This document shows, one piece after another, positions 56,226 to 60,000 of a DNA stretch of 60,000 bases. The stretch is from Laetmonice hystrix (taxonomy: Eukaryota), in assembly GCA_965235115.1 (NCBI GenBank), contig OZ249436.1, forward strand, positions 13,270,001 to 13,330,000, written 5' to 3'. The notes below the pieces were generated by a model that was not told the origin of the DNA, searched no databases, and saw nothing but the letters and a program-made list of their open reading frames with translations. The stretch's first letter is position 1. Each line of letters starts with the position of its first letter. Position numbers and translations under genes: made by a program.

Positions 56226-58775
56226 GCAGACTTTCTTAACTCATTTTTTCCAGACTAGTTTCGGATTATTACTGCACATTATTGTGCCAATATATCTTTG
56301 CATGATGCATGTCATGCAGAACGTGTTTTTCTGGTAGGGTGTATGAGGAGCAGGGAGCACTGGTTGTTCACTTGTTAAACAGAATGGCTAACACTGCAAC
56401 CATAACTACAGACTAGCTTTGTACACACGCTAAACCTGGAATGTCATCCCTACTTGGAGATTTCCCGTTTCTAGTTACCATGAACGGAACGTTTGGTGAA
56501 ACGTCTTCTATATCCAGCCTTTTTCCCCCCACTCAATACATTAAATCGATACATGTACATCTTAACATGCATCATAGATAAATATGATCTAAAAGGGCAA
56601 CAGTGCACGCCATCAAAAATGTTGAATAATTCTGCATAAGTAACAATCATGCGCAGCAAAAGAAACTGACACAGATATCTGTAGACTGAACGACTGTTGA
56701 AAATTCAGATTCCATAATATGTCATACAAGTTTACTGCACTGCCATATCCCGACAATTTAAAACCCAAAACTGTTTGATCAAAACTTATAAACTAGGTAC
56801 CGTAAGTTTCCATCAGTGACTTTAAACAGTCAAAGAGGAAAAAAAAGTACTTTTCCCCACTAACGTTTTCAGTATCTTTTCAAATGTTACAAAAGTGATC
56901 CTTATAAAGTTCATCTCGAGACTCGATTTCTTTCCCAGAACGGCCAGGCATCGTTTGGTTTTCTTCTAGTGAAATTTAATTTCGAACTCATTTCGTCTCA
57001 ATAGAGAACGTTCAGGACATACGAAAACGTGCCTCTCACACTCACCTCAATTCATTCCTTAAAATAAAACAAAACGATTGATCGGCTCTTCACACAAAGG
57101 ATGCAGTCCAACTTGTCCATTACACATCACAGACGAGTGCTCTTAAAAACAAACTGCCTATCTATTCACATGACAAAACATACTGAGAGGTAGGGCTGGT
57201 TTGATAACATAGGGCCTTACCCCGACTATCAACCGGCCCCCATCACCTGACAAGTTACATTATCTATGCCAGCATCATCGCATTAACCTTGACAACGTAT
57301 CGATAATTACTTTCAATAAAAAAAGATATTTTGATAAAATACACCTAAAATACACCAATTCATGTAATACTAAATATCATGACCCATCGAGTCCAAGAGC
57401 TGACTGATGTTGAGAGATGTAAAAACTCTAGGTTCTAGACTGTACACGTCACTTATTCTGGCTATAAATAACAATACGTCATCCTAATAGCGTATCTCAC
57501 AAATATGACATTTTACATCGATAAAAACACTTCTCATGTAAACACAGAAGTGGCTCTTGAAATTCTCCGTCATGGCGTATGGATTCTTTGACATCTTCTT
57601 TTTCTTGATTTCCTAAAGATCGCTCTAACCTGTTGGCCTGTTTCAGGATTGCATTGCCCACTGAGAGCTACGGTCAAACAAAATTGCACGTTTTAGTTTT
57701 CTGTCTCAAGTGCTGACTGTTGTTCCATCACGTACCAAAACTAGTCATACTAGCAACTAGAAAAACGGAAGTAGTAGTTAGGCATCCCGTTGAGATTCGC
57801 CGAGTTTGAGTAGTGCCTTTCCTATCTACAAATCAAACTGTAGCGTTTTAACCTTTCAGTTCACTCTCGAATGTAACCGTCTCTGCTGGGCCCGTTAACT
57901 AGAGCAATGATAGAAACCACGAATAGTTCTAATATATTCTAATTTATCCAATGGGTTTGAGCACCTAGATGAATGGAGGTCGGCTCTGCCTGGGATACTT
58001 CCTTAGTGACCGCCTTAGTTTGCAGCCACAAGCTGACACAGCGTGCACAAACAGATGTTATCACATCCTGACCGGAACTACTATACCACCTGCAAACACG
58101 CATACACACAACGTTCACTGTCTAACGTTGATATAATCTTACTTACGCCGTCATCATTTAATGATATACTTATACACGAATGCATATCAGTCCAAGTTAG
58201 AAGTTACACTGCACACTGCTTCATTCCTCATTATGAATATCATTCAAAGAGTCTTGATTCTTGAAACTTGCAGAAAAGCATCACTCGTTACTTAATTAGT
58301 TGACTGCGTTCCAGGCTTGACCAATGGAACTTCCTTGACCCAGGTGTCCTACACACTTAGCAGTATTCACATTCTCATACATTCGGCACTGGGGCGACAA
58401 GCTTTGTTCAATAAGCGATGAGACATACACGCAGTTTCGTATAGCAATGCACTGTACAAATAGGCCAAAGGGGAAGAAATGCTGCTCTGAGACTATATAT
58501 GATATCGATATATATATTTATATATAAATGTCATTCTTTCACGGGTATGCCATCAATTTCCAATCATAATTCTATGATATAAGAAAGAGCTACCGTAATA
58601 AGGAAATACAAAGGATTATAATGACGTCTATGAATGTCACGTGAACAATAGAGAGCTTGGTTAGATATGATTGAATCCCACTCAGGGAAGTCTCCTGCCC
58701 ACTGTGGTCGTGTTGGTGGTGGTTGGTGGCGCCCCCTGGAGTTTTCCCTGGAGATTACCAGATGGTCGTTTGGCG

Positions 58776-58865
58776 TCAGGCGTGAGCCTCGTTGCTCACG
58801 TCATGCCGATTGTCCGTCATCTTGTTGGTGTCGTTATACTGGCGATAAAACTCATTCGTACTGTA
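58776..58865 (-). CDS. Possible terminal coding exon of a convergent gene extending beyond the window (YSTNEFYRQYNDTNKMTDNRHDVSNEAHA*)
   Basis: Minus-strand tctgtttcgtttcag| acceptor, open frame to TGA, then long AT-rich 3' UTR-like sequence towards lower coordinates; no homology recognised. Confidence 0.35.
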   Translation of the reverse strand, partial: YSTNEFYRQYNDTNKMTDNRHDVSNEAHA

Positions 58866-60000
58866 CTGAAACGAAACAGAATCCTCACTGAAAATACCAC
58901 TGAACCTGTGCCCAGAATACCGTGTGTACGCGGTCCAATCACACTTAGCCATCACCATATTATAGAACAGACACCGTCAGGATTGTGGTGATTGGACCCA
59001 TTCATCAAACATCCACCACCAACACGTTTCTGGTACGGATGTCTATAAAACCTTCCTACCTGCAAGTCAATATCGTTAGTACTTAGTATATATTACAGCC
59101 TGTCTGAAAACCGTTTTAATTTACCTATACCTTAGCATCTAGTTTAGCTAAACTTCTGTCTAATATACCGGGGTACTACGTACATTGTATTATGTTACGG
59201 GTTCTTAAAATTAGGATGCATGTATGCACATACAAGAATAATTAATAAACAGGTACTTAGGTGAGCTGTGGGAGGTAGGGTGTCTTAAAACAAGTGTCAA
59301 TTACATTACCAGGTTTAATATAAAAAGCAAAAGCAAAAAAACAACAGCAGTCTTGAGAGCAAAACAGAGAGGGTAAAATACTTCTTAAAACTGCATGATG
59401 CATAAAAGCGATTTTTTTTTTTTTGGGTGGGGGTGGGATAAAATTATAAAAAAATGAGGTCTCTGTCTATTTCTCTACCACCTTTAAAACATATAAGATA
59501 TATAGGCAGCACTTAGTGTGAGCCCTCTACGTCAAACAACACACCAATATTGACAGCAGTACACAACATGAACACTCAGTCGCTACCAGTCCTTGACCGC
59601 CAAGTCACTGTACAGAAAAGAATTCAGAGAAACAGACAGAAACAGCGTTAGGAAAACACAGAGACAGAACGAGAGAGAGAGAGACAGAAAAAGTGAACAG
59701 ATTCCATACTAACATGCATCTTTCAAAAAAGAGATCAAAATCTCTCACGATGTGACAGTAGTCTACGAAATACATACAGGAATGCTAGAGAGATTATTAT
59801 TTTCAAGAAAATTAATCACAACATTTATATTTCGTTTATTTAAAAAAAAAGAATTCCTATACTTCCCTGAACACAGAGGTTGCAAGCATCTAAGGAGTCT
59901 AGAAATTCGGATAATGAGCGCGGCTTGGTAATATAAATTTTTCTCTCAATGTGAAACCAACCCCAGTAATCTGTTACTGATGTCTGATGGGCAGACAACA

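Noticed and set aside
55469..56337. Repetitive Cys/Met-rich ORFs
   Set aside because: Artefacts of the 55/57-bp minisatellite
50683..60000. TSC2 tail-to-tail with PKD1 as in vertebrates
   Set aside because: No Rap-GAP or TSC2 C-terminal peptide recognisable on the minus strand within the window

Overview
Eukaryotic genomic DNA with spliceosomal GT-AG introns, probably from a bilaterian invertebrate (the taxon cannot be fixed from sequence alone). (1) 306-12562 (+): the 3' part of an unrecognised multi-exon gene for an acidic, Pro-rich and probably disordered protein. It is built from symmetric phase-1 exons, five of which each carry one copy of a [FY]DExx[FY]LxGx[ILT][PS][LV][LV] motif and two an IPS[RK]xFL[RK]L motif. 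It has a candidate alternative first exon and alternative C-termini. (2) About 16078/16252-50682 (+): a complete polycystin-1 (PKD1)-type gene that I assembled by hand into about 43 exons (about 4,930 aa). The domain order is signal peptide, LRRNT, 4 LRR, LRRCT, WSC, PKD, 2 C-type lectins, Cys-rich region, PKD array, REJ, GAIN/GPS, 11 TM with PLAT and TOP, and a cytoplasmic tail. (3) Introns carry non-autonomous DNA transposons: a 3.3-kb Academ-like foldback element with a nested TTAA Kolobok-like MITE, and Harbinger-like and hAT-like MITEs. They also carry many minisatellites, three of which are amplified copies of splice sites. (4) There is a possible 3' end of a convergent minus-strand gene near 58.8-59.1 kb. 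All exon boundaries were read by eye from splice signals and reading-frame continuity and need RNA-seq confirmation.
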